A stretch of 63,831 nt of DNA, the filler included, from Perkinsus chesapeaki ATCC PRA-425 (Eukaryota > Protista > Perkinsozoa): NCBI GenBank assembly GCA_013115145.1. It is 7 parts of 7 records of this genome, joined end to end, with 100 filler letters (N's around TTAATTAATTAA, not from the genome) between each part and the next. Parts side by side here need not be neighbours in the genome. Positions count along the whole stretch, not along the records: positions 19,721 to 26,128 come from JAAPAO010001087.1; positions 26,229 to 40,151 come from JAAPAO010000771.1; 5 more parts are not named here. One strand, given 5' to 3'. A program made the position numbers and the translations under genes. This document shows, piece after piece, positions 23,201 through 32,611 of this stretch (position 1 is its first letter; every line of letters starts with the position of its first letter). The notes under the pieces were generated by a model. The model saw nothing but the letters and a program-made list of their open reading frames with translations. It was not told the origin of the DNA and made no database searches.

Positions 23201-23954
23201 TATCACAATATCTGGTCCAGTCGCAAGAGTAATACTGATAGTCATATAGGTCATGTTCCTGTATAGGGGACAGGGGGGCATCAACATTACCTTGAATATT
23301 GAAGAAGATAGGGTAGTGATCCCATAAACCATCCTCTTCTAGAACATGCCAACCAGAGCATACTACATTACCACTACTAAATGTAACATCGATGAAGGCT
23401 TTTCCTTCATTTCTATTCCTACTTACAATAGACTTGTTGCAGAAGGTGGGTGTATCGCCACAGCACTCACATGTACAGTTACGACCAGTTAAGTGATAAG
23501 TCAACCATTCTCCTCGTAAACGTTGTTCTCTAGTAGTAACCATATAGTCCGGACACCATAACGGAGAAACTCCATTAGAATCACCACCAATGATAAGGTT
23601 ATTAGCATTAAATTTGTCTAGACAGTCAAAAAAGGAGAGCATATGGAAGCTATTAAAATTAGGAGGTATGTAGAAGGAAGAGACTAAAATATTTTTATAG
23701 TACATTAAAGTGATATAGTCGGAATCATCAGGGATATAGCAGCAGTCATTTAGAATCTGAGTAGACGCTAAAATAGCACATTTGCTGTTTATGTCCTTGC
23801 GAAACGTACGAAAGTTAGGAATATAAAATTGCTTAGGAGGTTCGGAGATAAGAACAATATGTACAGAGATATCCAGCTCATAGAGCAGACCAAAGAAGGC
23901 TGATAGTACATCAGAAGAGCGCCTCGAATTACATTGCAAGACTTTTAAAGACAT
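20283..23954 (-). CDS. LINE ORF2: APE endonuclease - reverse transcriptase - RNase H - CCHC
   Basis: APE motifs LKVLQCN, LISEP, IIGGDSN, FIDVTF, WDHYPI. RT motifs PGQDG, RPISLT, QFGF, DYSNAFG, GCPQGGGLSPLLF, YADD, VLGV. RNase H motifs YTDGS, AELMAI, FSDS, WIAGHSGSEGNEKVD. C-terminal CDTC-x7-H-x4-C. Confidence 0.95.
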   Translation of the reverse strand: MSLKVLQCNSRRSSDVLSAFFGLLYELDISVHIVLISEPPKQFYIPNFRTFRKDINSKCAILASTQILNDCCYIPDDSDYITLMYYKNILVSSFYIPPNFNSFHMLSFFDCLDKFNANNLIIGGDSNGVSPLWCPDYMVTTREQRLRGEWLTYHLTGRNCTCECCGDTPTFCNKSIVSRNRNEGKAFIDVTFSSGNVVCSGWHVLEEDGLWDHYPIFFNIQGNVDAPLSPIQEHDLYDYQYYSCDWTRYCDILKNNEYLLCKDDIANIRDLRHRYDLLVKLIQGAFKSSCPLRPSGTRAKARKGNTLPWWDDELCNLRKKLKRLHRQGRYEEYRCCRNEYRRSINMKKHEAFCSYISGISDLQDRQLYNKIRRAPSPPCRIFEGDYDLDSSLSRLASTYVGAVDLDYDAFFNTISEGDTRLGSDVSDTDFPPFKNEEFTKVVKMRFASKDKMPGQDGIRLRCLQNLPTCFVDELLRIISYSVASGYVLPAWRFSEVVFINKNGKDPRSIKSVRPISLTNTLGKAAEFLILDRLTAVSKQFYDNGVQFGFVKGRGTIGVVQNIISWITSNARWAVLGTDYSNAFGEIRHIDIVRALEGAGACSYIVNWIRSWLGDRGARVRYGGRTIFKKSAPDKGCPQGGGLSPLLFISGSGDIPKRVNERLIRGFKNVKWKWICYADDCYLLLAWSSGVSAEQIAADIESAYNIIKEEAQVSNLSLERSKCHVMSNIRSLYLRDITGLVKELNVLGVILTQRLGFLPHLRHRVLLALQLNSAVLRYIKQEVGLTPFRCLQICEKIFIPRVSYGIEVYGASLCMSYLRDFIDTAANTFLRGALRLRRSTPLDYVYILSGYPPLSDILLGKAITIHYHKASFNDMIGKRAVVKRAKIDKILAAFGFPPDYRGDRLGADPYMSCDLVSRIVIGDDKTSTLEREKQVLTPWKAYTDGSMIRHNSKMALSVGAAFFIKKEDGASHFEGKRLSTNISIMHAELMAISMCLRWIVDNLSACEVTLFSDSRSGLQLLQTCRTSDLLNQIRNLDTICSARGIKVSYYWIAGHSGSEGNEKVDLLANQARSLPCITKLPSSISCTKDYILDYFERSKRERLRRLSGDTAEALATPFQLNNLLKVVHHRSDGGPLCRLLVGHTTALNSYKYRPGHRSYLCDTCMQLDNVRHAVFFCDAEPRASQRPAWVEPLGSFRQLTVSELRIKDMLKFACHLERSVQARN

Positions 23955-25069
23955 AAGTATGCAGAGAAAGGACCACAAAGGGGGGGACCATCAGGAGTAT
24001 AGTCAACCTTCTCCAGTTTAGAACGTAAAGCCTCAATCTTCTTCATACAGGGAGGTCCGTTCAGCACACAATGACTTTTCTCTCCACATAAAGAGCAACA
24101 CATACCTTCCTTATCAGTCTTCCCTTTGTGGGGGCAGTCAGCAAGTCTGTGGCTATGGGCACAATACAGACATTTCTTATCTTCAGAGCATTTCATATTT
24201 CTACCATGTAGAGCACCACAATCATAACAATAGCTGACTGATATATAATCATGACACCTTAACTTCCTACAGTCTACAAATAAACCATCATTCTTAATCA
24301 TGTAGTCTCTGTCTTCTGAAGGAACTCTAAATACAATATAGTTTTCCTTAGTAATAACTTGTTTCCATTTATCAACTGACAGACAGCTAGCTAGCTTAGA
24401 GCATTGGTCAGTAATATCAGCCGGGGATAGACCTTCACTGCGTATCAAGACTTCAGGCATTAACTTGTCTTGAGCTTTAACCGCGAAAGCACCATTTTTC
24501 GAAGCAGACTTTAAACAGCTCAGAACTTCTTGGGCATGCTCAGAGGAGACAAGCACAGCCACATCAGTCTTACGCTGCATAACCTTATTAACTGGTAGTT
24601 TAGAGGAAGTCAATGTTTCGCATACTTTACCACAGATTCGTTCAACCGAACTCTTCATACTGGAATCCGTAGAGGGTTGGTTCCCAGACTTTCTTACCGA
24701 AAGAAGAACATTTCTTCTATTAGGAGGGACTACGGCTCTTTGGCCAGTGGGTATACCAGAAACCAGGGCGTTACGATAAGAGGGACCCAAAGAAAGATTA
24801 GATCGGTTCAACGGTATATTTCTTGTAGCATCCAGTTTTGTTCGAAGCTTACGGTTCTCTTCAAGAACACCAATGTAGGCAGACTTTAACTTTCCAACCA
24901 GAGAGATAATATTTTCCAACAGGGCCTTGTCATGAGAGGCCGAGACTTCGATTAGATCAATAATACTGTCGCAATTATCAACAAAACTGTTAGTCACTTC
25001 TTCACTGTCGTCTGCCCAGTCGCTGCCGTCGTGAGATTGCTGCCCGCTGGGGATGCGGGGGGGAGGCAT
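23945..25069 (-). CDS. LINE ORF1 (gag-like, three zinc knuckles)
   Basis: N-terminal coiled coil, then CYDCGALHGRNMKC, CLYCAHSHRLADC and CSLCGEKSHCVLNGPPC. Its stop overlaps the ORF2 start. Confidence 0.88.
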   Translation of the reverse strand: MPPPRIPSGQQSHDGSDWADDSEEVTNSFVDNCDSIIDLIEVSASHDKALLENIISLVGKLKSAYIGVLEENRKLRTKLDATRNIPLNRSNLSLGPSYRNALVSGIPTGQRAVVPPNRRNVLLSVRKSGNQPSTDSSMKSSVERICGKVCETLTSSKLPVNKVMQRKTDVAVLVSSEHAQEVLSCLKSASKNGAFAVKAQDKLMPEVLIRSEGLSPADITDQCSKLASCLSVDKWKQVITKENYIVFRVPSEDRDYMIKNDGLFVDCRKLRCHDYISVSYCYDCGALHGRNMKCSEDKKCLYCAHSHRLADCPHKGKTDKEGMCCSLCGEKSHCVLNGPPCMKKIEALRSKLEKVDYTPDGPPLCGPFSAYLCL

Positions 25070-25102
25070 TTGGGATTAGAAGGGATAAAAATAAAACAAA
25101 CT

Positions 25103-26000
25103 TGTGGTCGTAGTGGTAGTATAAGATGTGGTCGTAGTGGTAGTAGAGGATGAGGTCGTAGTCGTACTGGTAGTAGAAGATGCGGTCGTAGCGGTAGTAG
25201 ATGTGGTCGTAGTGGCAGTATAGGTGGTCGTAGTGGTAGTATAGGATGTGGGCGTAGTGGTAGTATAGGATGTGGGCGTAGTGGTAGTAGAAGATGTGGT
25301 CGTAGTGGTAGTAGAGGATGTGGTTGTAGTGGTAGTAGAGGATGTGGTTGTAGTGGTAGTAGAGGATGAGGTCGTAGTGGTAGTAGAGGATGAGGTCGTA
25401 GACGTAGTGGTAGTAGAAGCCGAAGTCGTAGTGGTAGTAGAAGTTGCGGTCGTAATGGTAGTAGATGTGGTCGTAGTGGTAGTAGTGGTAGAAGATGTGG
25501 TCGTCGTGGTAGTAGAAGATGTGGTCGTAGTGGTAGTAGCGGATGAGGTCGTAGTGGTAGTAGAGGATGAGGCCGTAGTCGTAGTGGTCGTAGAAGATGA
25601 GGTCGTCATGGCAGTTGATGTGGTCGTAGTGGTAGTAGAGGATGAGGTTGTGGTCGTAGTGGTAGTAGAAGATGTGGTCGTAGTGGTAGTAGAAGATGTG
25701 GTCGTAGTGGTAGTAGATGTGGTCGTAGTGGTAGTAGATGTAGTCGTAGTGGTAGTAGAAGATGTGGTCGTAGTGGTAGTAGAAGATGTGGTCGTAGTGG
25801 TAGTAGAATATGTGGTCGTAGTCGTACTGGTAGTAGAAGCTGTAGTCGTAGTGGTAGTAGAAGCCGTAGTCGTAGTGCCAGTAGTCGTAGCAGAAGCCGT
25901 GGTCGTAGTGGTAGTAGAGGATGTGGTCGTAGTGGTAGTAGAGGATGTGGTCGTAGTGGTAGTAGAAACCGTTGACGTACTGGTGGTAGTGGATGAGACC

Positions 26001-26060
<60 letters not shown>

Positions 26061-26128
26061 AATGTGGTTGTAGTAGTGGCAGAAGAGGTTGTCGTAGTGG
26101 TAGATTGTGCGACCGTAGCATCAATAGA
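25103..26128 (-). repeat. Thr/Ser-codon minisatellite; upstream half of the mucin-like ORF interrupted by the LINE
   Basis: Open frame from the contig edge (SIDATVAQSTTTTTSS...) to TAA at 25076 inside the element. Includes a perfect (GTA)20 at 26001-26060. Confidence 0.88.
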
Positions 26129-26228
26129 NNNNNNNNNNNNNNNNNNNNNNNNNNNNNNNNNNNNNNNNNNNNTTAATTAATTAANNNNNNNNNNNNNNNN
26201 NNNNNNNNNNNNNNNNNNNNNNNNNNNN
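26129..26228. other. Artificial contig linker
   Basis: N run + TTAATTAATTAA + N run. Confidence 0.97.
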
Positions 26229-26229
26229 T

Positions 26230-27039
26230 GGTCTACCAATGGAACAAGTGGAGGTTCTCTACGGTGACAAGGCTCTGGATGGTGACGGCCCTCTCTCTGA
26301 GTATGTAACGGCCCGGGTTGATGTCGCTACTCAGCTGCGTTTGAAAGGCTATGTTAAGGTCTTTATCGAGACTCAAGCTGCTGAGGGTTTCGTTCAACAC
26401 GTGGAGATAACTACTACAGTCCGACAACTGAAGAAAGCAGTCGAGCAAGCCTCTGGTATTCTAGAGAAGTATCAGAAGCTTTTATATTGCGGCGTAGATA
26501 TGCAAGACGGTCAGACTCTAAGTCACTACTTTGGTAACGGTAGCTCGGACCACTATGCCGTGTTCTTATCTTATGGTGATGCTGTGAAGGTTGAGATTGA
26601 TGGTGGGACTCTAGGCAGAGTAACACTCTGCGCTGAGAGCTCCGATACTGTTGCTGCTTTGAAAGAACTATTACGGGCAAAGAGTGCCGAGTACAAGGAC
26701 ATCGGACTTCTCGGTGGTGATGGTGCGGAGATGGTTAATAGCCGCACGTTGGGATCGTACAATGCTGCTCAAGCGTTTGTGCTCAACTTGACTATGAAGT
26801 CGCCGCTGATGAACGTTAAGTTCAGAAACCGAGCGACGGGAAGTACGTACGACCTAAGTTTGAGCATCTCGGGGAGTGGCAAAGACCTTCGGGATGCCGC
26901 GATCAAGAAAGGCTTTGCTGATAACTACCGTTCAAGCGGATATTATATCAAATTTAATGGCCAACAAGTTGCAGATTCCACTCTTCTATCGACCTACGGT
27001 ATTACCGAAGGCTCGACTGTCGAATATCGGCACTACTGA
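26230..27039 (+). CDS. Tandem ubiquitin-like-domain protein A (5'-truncated by the contig edge; ~3.5 UBL domains)
   Basis: GLPMEQVEVLY..., TTVRQLKKAVEQASGILEKYQKLLYCGVDMQDGQTLSHY, SSDTVAALKELL, IKFNGQQVADSTLLSTYGITEGSTVEY. No C-terminal di-Gly. Confidence 0.8.
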   Translation, partial: GLPMEQVEVLYGDKALDGDGPLSEYVTARVDVATQLRLKGYVKVFIETQAAEGFVQHVEITTTVRQLKKAVEQASGILEKYQKLLYCGVDMQDGQTLSHYFGNGSSDHYAVFLSYGDAVKVEIDGGTLGRVTLCAESSDTVAALKELLRAKSAEYKDIGLLGGDGAEMVNSRTLGSYNAAQAFVLNLTMKSPLMNVKFRNRATGSTYDLSLSISGSGKDLRDAAIKKGFADNYRSSGYYIKFNGQQVADSTLLSTYGITEGSTVEYRHY

Positions 27040-27621
27040 CTTCTAGATTGCCTACCTCCTACGCTTTGCCGTAGTCGGGAAGCTCACCTTATGTTTCACT
27101 CAACGTGCCGCGTTGCGTTTTTTCACACTGCGACTGTTTTGTGACGTACAAGTCCATTATGGTGATGGTCGTAATCTTCCATCTGCCTGCGCTTGTCGTG
27201 CTGCTCTATCAGATCTCGGCCTTTAAATGTTCAGCTTGCACGCAGTTAATCAGTAGTCTTGTTCTGTACCAGATTACTTCGAAAGAGAGTGTGAATGGTC
27301 ACAGACTAATCTTCAAGGGATGTGCATTATTCGTCTATTGTAGTCCATCGGATTCCCCAGGCTTAGCTGCAGGACTTGTTAGCGCATGCCTGCGACGAAA
27401 GTCAGAGATCAATGATATTCGGCAGTGATGGCGATTCAAAGATCACGATTGGAGTTGCCTTCTCTGTCAAAGCAACGTGTATGTGCTAACGTTTTTGTAT
27501 ATTCACGGTTAAGTCTTTCAAGGGTAGATGTTGCAATTTGTTACTCCAGCAATCTTCATTATCGCAGCCATGCTCCTTCACCCATCCCTTCTGATGCATC
27601 CAGTTGGTGTTTCATTACCAT

Positions 27622-29013
27622 ATGCCAACCCACCTCTTTCTTGGCGATGCTGAAAGGGTCATACCTGCGGTAACTATCGATGCTGAAGTATCGACGACAA
27701 TCGACAAGATCAAGGATGAACTAACCAAAGGCATTGGTTTCTCGGGCTTCGAGGAACTACTGTACCTAGATGAAGCTCCTCTCCATGATGATAAAGCTCT
27801 ATCTGAAATCAACCAGGGCAATGCGCAAGACCTTCACTTGGCTTACCGAGAATGTGGCGAAGTCAGCGTCCCTGTTAAAAGGCTCAACGGTGAGGCTGTT
27901 ACTATCTCTATTCGTGGTTCTGATACGGTAGCGACTATTAAGGATAAGATTGAAGGTGTTACAGGCATTCCTCCTGGAGAACAAGTTATAGCTGTTGCTG
28001 GTAGCATCAGACAAGACGGTCAAGCCATTGCCGACTACCTCAAAAGGCAGTTGACTCGTCACGTCATCGTCCACCAGTTCGCTACCGTAACCATCCATCA
28101 GAGGCCTCTGACATACGGTGACCGCGATATCGCATTTGATGTTACTCCGTCAACTACTATTGGGCAAGTTAAACGCATACTCAAGGACAAGTGGAACGTT
28201 CCGTTAACTCGACAAAAGATCAGTTCAACTAATGGAGAGCCTATCTCCGACTCTGTTACTGTGAGAGACTGCGGCATCGAAGATGAGGGATTCTTGATTC
28301 TGAACCTGAAGGCCAGGGGTGAGCTCCATGCACATGCTGAAGAGTTGGGTGGAGGATGGGAGTCGGTCTCCGTCATGCCCTCTCACACAGTTGATATGGT
28401 GAACGAGGCTGTGGAATTAAGTACGGGCTTCCCTGCTCGCAATCAGAGGATAATGTTCGGAGGGAAAGAGGTCATTAGTGGACGGCTCTCCGACTACATA
28501 CCCGAGCAGTCCGCCTCTGTCTACCTCGGCATCAATCGGCCAGTGCGAGTCAACATCACTGACTTATCTGATAAGAAGGTTTTCGTGTCGATCAAACCGT
28601 GGGGTCGCATTGAAGAAGTTAAACGAGAACTGTGGAGGAACGGCTATCGTATAAAGTCTCAGCTATTCTATGATGGTAAAGAGCTCGACGATTGCGTACG
28701 CCTGTCTGATGGAAAACTGAGGCAGGTGCGTCGAGGGGCTCAGTTGAGGCTGTTTGAGAGCGTGCGTGGTCCTCGACGTATCGTGAACCTCAAATCTCTT
28801 TGGGGTCAAATTACATCTGTGGGCTGGTATGAGCATGATACAGTTAAGGACCTGAAGCTTAGGATTCATGATGCAACAGGGAAACATCCACAGATGCAAT
28901 CGCTGGTGTTCAAAGGAAAAGAGCTCCGAGATGGCGCGCTGCTGAGAAGTTGCGGACTTCGAAATAATGAAACCGTCCATCTGGTTATAGTGTTGCAAAG
29001 ATTCTCTCCGTAA
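27622..29013 (+). CDS. Tandem ubiquitin-like-domain protein B1 (~6 UBL domains), intact, intronless
   Basis: Repeated beta-grasp motifs: SDTVATIKDKIEGVTGIPPGEQVI, STTIGQVKRILKDKWNVPLTRQKI, HDTVKDLKLRIHDATGKHPQMQSLVFKGKELRDGALLRSCGLRNNETVHLV. No di-Gly. Confidence 0.88.
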   Translation: MPTHLFLGDAERVIPAVTIDAEVSTTIDKIKDELTKGIGFSGFEELLYLDEAPLHDDKALSEINQGNAQDLHLAYRECGEVSVPVKRLNGEAVTISIRGSDTVATIKDKIEGVTGIPPGEQVIAVAGSIRQDGQAIADYLKRQLTRHVIVHQFATVTIHQRPLTYGDRDIAFDVTPSTTIGQVKRILKDKWNVPLTRQKISSTNGEPISDSVTVRDCGIEDEGFLILNLKARGELHAHAEELGGGWESVSVMPSHTVDMVNEAVELSTGFPARNQRIMFGGKEVISGRLSDYIPEQSASVYLGINRPVRVNITDLSDKKVFVSIKPWGRIEEVKRELWRNGYRIKSQLFYDGKELDDCVRLSDGKLRQVRRGAQLRLFESVRGPRRIVNLKSLWGQITSVGWYEHDTVKDLKLRIHDATGKHPQMQSLVFKGKELRDGALLRSCGLRNNETVHLVIVLQRFSP

Positions 29014-29878
29014 TCTTTTCTTTTCGTTTCTGATTTGCTATAAATTACGACTTTTGGTCTAAGGGTAGAAACCGATGTTTACTCAGTCAATAGACGTGGT
29101 GTTGAAAGTGGCACTAATTACATCAGGAAGGATTCTAGTGATTTTTAAAGATGTCAAGATCATCCTTTATAGATCCTTTATGATCCACCACTTCATAGAT
29201 CCTCTATGTATTTTATTATTAAACGTCAATCATTCGAAGAACGGCGACGTTCATGGTTTCAACATGGATAAGAACTGCACTGCACTGACTCTGCCATCTC
29301 AACCCTAGGTGTATCGAGCGAGCTTTATAGCTGTACAATATAACGGCACCCAACTGCTGTTTTCTTCGATGGGTTCTGATTTACATGTCGTTCATGACAT
29401 GATGCTTATGCCTCTTTCCTTTGCTCACGCGTTGGCGTGGTTTACAAACTAATTTCGGGCGACGTTACAGGGCTGAAACTCGTCACGCATGTGAGATTCT
29501 CATTTGTCTCTCTGATGCAATCGGATTAAAAATGTTTTGACATACTCTTAATCACAGTAGCCTCCAGCGAGCTAGGGTAGACGAATTTGCATTAGGCGAG
29601 GGAAATAGCTGCGTGAGTTAGTGTTTGAAGCGTTGGAATTGTCTATGGCGGTATGTGGTATCCGGTGATGTAATGATAATTCTGCGCTTGCCCAGATAGA
29701 TAATCTAATCAAGGGACGTAATGACCGAGCGCGTTGGCCGTATTGAATCACCCTACATTGGGGAGAATTCTACTACAGCGTAGTAGATATTCTGAGGAAT
29801 ACTTTAGCAACTTCATCATCGTGGTCACGCTCTGTCTTCGATTTCTGCCTACGCAGGCTGTTGGTGCTTCGATACCGC

Positions 29879-31269
29879 ATGCCAACCCACCTCTTTCTTG
29901 GAGATGCTGAGAGGGATATACCCGCTGTAACTATCGATGCTGAAGTATCGGCTACCATCAACGACATTAAGGATAAACTCCAGAAAGCTACTGGCATGTC
30001 GCGCCTCCAAGAACTGCTTTCTCTAGATGGCGGTCCTCTCCGCGACGATCAAGTCCTGTCGGGTATCAACCACGGTGATGAGCAATATCTTCAGCTTGCC
30101 TACCGAGAGCGCGGCAGAGTAATCATCCCCGTCAAAAGGCTCAACGGTGAGGCTGTGCATATCTCTATTTGTGGTTCTGATACGGTAGCGACTATTAAGG
30201 ATAAGATTGAAGGTGTTACAGGCATTCCTCCTGGAGAACAAGTTATAGCTGTTGCTGGTAGCATCAGACAAGACGGTCAAGCCATTGCCGACTACCTCAA
30301 AAGGCAGTTGACTCGTCACGTTATCGTCCACCAGTTCGCTACCATAACAATCCAACAGAGGCCTCTGACATTCGGTGGCCGAGATATCGCGTTCAATGTT
30401 GTCCCGTCGACTACTATTGGGCAAGTGAAAAGGATGATCAGAGACAAGTGGGGAGTTCCTATTGCACAGCTGAGAATTGATGATAACACGGGAGAACCGA
30501 TCCGCGACTCTGTCACTATGAAAAGCTGTGGTATTGAGAAAGAAGGATTCTTGATTCTCAAGTTCAAGGCTAGAGGTAAACTCTATGTGAAAGCGGATAA
30601 GCTGGACGGAGGATGGACATCTATCTTCGTCACGCCCTCCCATACAGTTAAACTCGTTAAGGAGGCTGTGACACGGGAGACCAGCATTCCTTGCGGCCAT
30701 CAGAAGTTAATGTTTGGTGGTGAAGAGATTATTGGTGGACGCCTTTCTGACTTTTTACCAGAAGAGTTGGTCACCGTCTACGTTAGTCTCAAACAAACAC
30801 TGAGAGTCAACATAGTTGACTTATCCAATAAGAAAGTTTCTATATCTGCTAAACCTTGGACTCGTACTGTATAAAGGAAATAAAGCGGAGACTTTGGATT
30901 AAAGGCTATCCTTTTAATTCCCAGCTGCTCTTGGATGGCCAAGAGCTCGACAAAAATGCACATTTGGCCGATGAAGAAATGCGATTGATTCGTCGCGGAG
31001 CTCAGGTGAGGATTAATGCGCACGTGAGCGGCCCTCGCCATGTTCTGTACATCACATCGCTTGTGGGTGGAACCAGGCGTTTATTCTGGTATCACCACGA
31101 CACTGTTCTAGACCTCAAGTACAGAATTCGGGATGTCACACAGATTCATCCCATTGTGCAATCGTTGAGTTTGCAAGGAAAGCAGCTTTAGGATGAAATG
31201 TTGCTCAAAAGTTGTGGACTTGAGAATGAGGGGAAGATCCACCTTTACGTGAAGCTTCAAGGTTCCTGA
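29879..31269 (+). pseudogene. Tandem UBL protein B2, disabled paralog of B1
   Basis: Colinear with B1. It carries a 5-nt frameshifting insertion near 30865-30872 (WTR..IKEIKRRLW vs WGRIEEVKRELW) and an in-frame TAG at 31189-31191. Confidence 0.85.
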
Positions 31270-31607
31270 TGTGATATCTGTGATATCATAGCTTGCCCCA
31301 CATAATGCTGCGACTACTAATCTTATTTTCATTTCATTATCTAATTCCAGGTTTCATCACAACTACAAGTAGCAATAGGCGAATGTTTTATTGCTAAGTG
31401 TTTCGTTCAAAGTGAGATCAATATTTTCAGAAGGTAATCCCATAGATTCGCATGATCCGGCTCTGGCATTCTACTGCCTCCAATATACATGAAGCTCACT
31501 GGGGCTTCATCCACCGTAGCTGCGTCGAGGCTCTGTAATGAGCCGTGTCGGCTCGTTTTCACACCACAACTTGATTCCTCGACTTATGCTGGCGTATTGG
31601 GTATTTT

Positions 31608-31860
31608 CAACTACGAAGTCGCCGCTGATGAACGTTAAGTTCATGGACCGAGCGAATGGAGGTACGTACGAACGAGTTTGAGCATCTCGGGGAGTGGCAA
31701 AGACCTACGGGATGCCGCGATTGAGAAAGAAGTAGCTGATGACAACAGTTATGCTGGATATTATATCAAATTTAATGGCAAGCAGGTTGTAGATTCCACT
31801 CTTCTATCGACCGAAGTATTGCCGAAGGCTCGACTGTTTAGTATCGACAATACTGGCTTT
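31608..31860 (+). pseudogene. Relic copy of the last UBL domain of gene A
   Basis: High nucleotide similarity to 26790-27040 (gaagtcgccgctgatgaacgttaagttca; gagcatctcggggagtggcaaagacct; gattccactcttctatcgacc) with indels. Patches of the downstream spacer are also duplicated. Confidence 0.8.
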
Positions 31861-32611
31861 TTAGCTTGTCTACCTTCTTGATGCACAGCTTTGTCGTAGT
31901 CGTCAAGCGTGCCATGTTGCGTTGTTTTACCCACTAGGACCGTTTCATGGGCTATGGTCATCGTGCCAAGTCAGCACCATTAAAGGTTACTCTAGCTTAT
32001 CTTTGCCTTTAAATGTTTTAAACATTTAAAGGTGGCAACGATGAGTGTTTAAACATTATGTTTAGCTGATGTGATATTGCAACATAGGCAAGGGCCATGA
32101 TGCACATATAATCAGTAATCTTCTTTTGTGCCAGATTAATCCAAATTAACGTGTGAAATTCACACTCACTATTCACACTGTGAATGGTCACAAACAAATT
32201 GTTCGCATTATTCTCGAGCCTTGCCGATATCATGCGTTTATCCAGACAGTGAACTGTCGCGTACTTGTATTCGACAGTGCGGTCTAGGTTGTTGCGGTGA
32301 CCCTGGCCCGCCGACGGTGTCTGTGGCCCTCCTTTGGATCTCTCTTGCAGGCTGCAGGTATTTTCAGCGCACATCTGCGAAGCGCTGCCCCATCAGTTAT
32401 TGATTGTCAATATATCCAAATCTACCTGGCACTCTGTGCCACACTTCGCCCTCGCGGCAGGACTGTGTACTTCAATGCCTTTTAAGTAGTGGAGAGTCAC
32501 CTGATGCATGTCATCGCAAATTTCTATTTGCCACTTTACACATCATTCACTGGCTAACGGAGCAATCCTTAACCATTGTACCCACATTAAGATTCGCGAT
32601 TCTTGTTGAAA

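Larger units (their letters stand above)
20120..25102 (-). mobile_element. Full-length non-LTR retrotransposon (APE-type LINE with RNase H; R1/I/Tad1-like architecture)
   Basis: Two long open ORFs, a 33-nt 5' UTR, a ~130-nt 3' UTR, an (AAC)11 tail, and the 12-bp direct repeat TGTGGTCGTAGT at both junctions (20108-20119 and 25103-25114). Confidence 0.93.

Noticed and set aside
23940-23960. Possible -1 ribosomal frameshift (TTTAAAA) between LINE ORF1 and ORF2
   Set aside because: The heptamer is in the ORF2 phase, not the ORF1 phase, and ORF2 has its own ATG overlapping the ORF1 stop.
19725-26180. Long Val-rich (+) and Leu/Pro-rich or His/Tyr-rich (-) ORFs over the minisatellite
   Set aside because: These are antisense or alternative-frame shadows of the Thr-codon repeat; the repeat simply lacks stops in those frames.
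27525-27621. Signal-peptide-like frame MLQFVTPAIFIIAAMLL upstream of UBL gene B1 (secreted UBL effector idea)
   Set aside because: It is out of frame with B1 and needs a weak GC donor; the homologous region before B2 lacks the ATG and gives no in-frame splice. Unresolved without RNA data.
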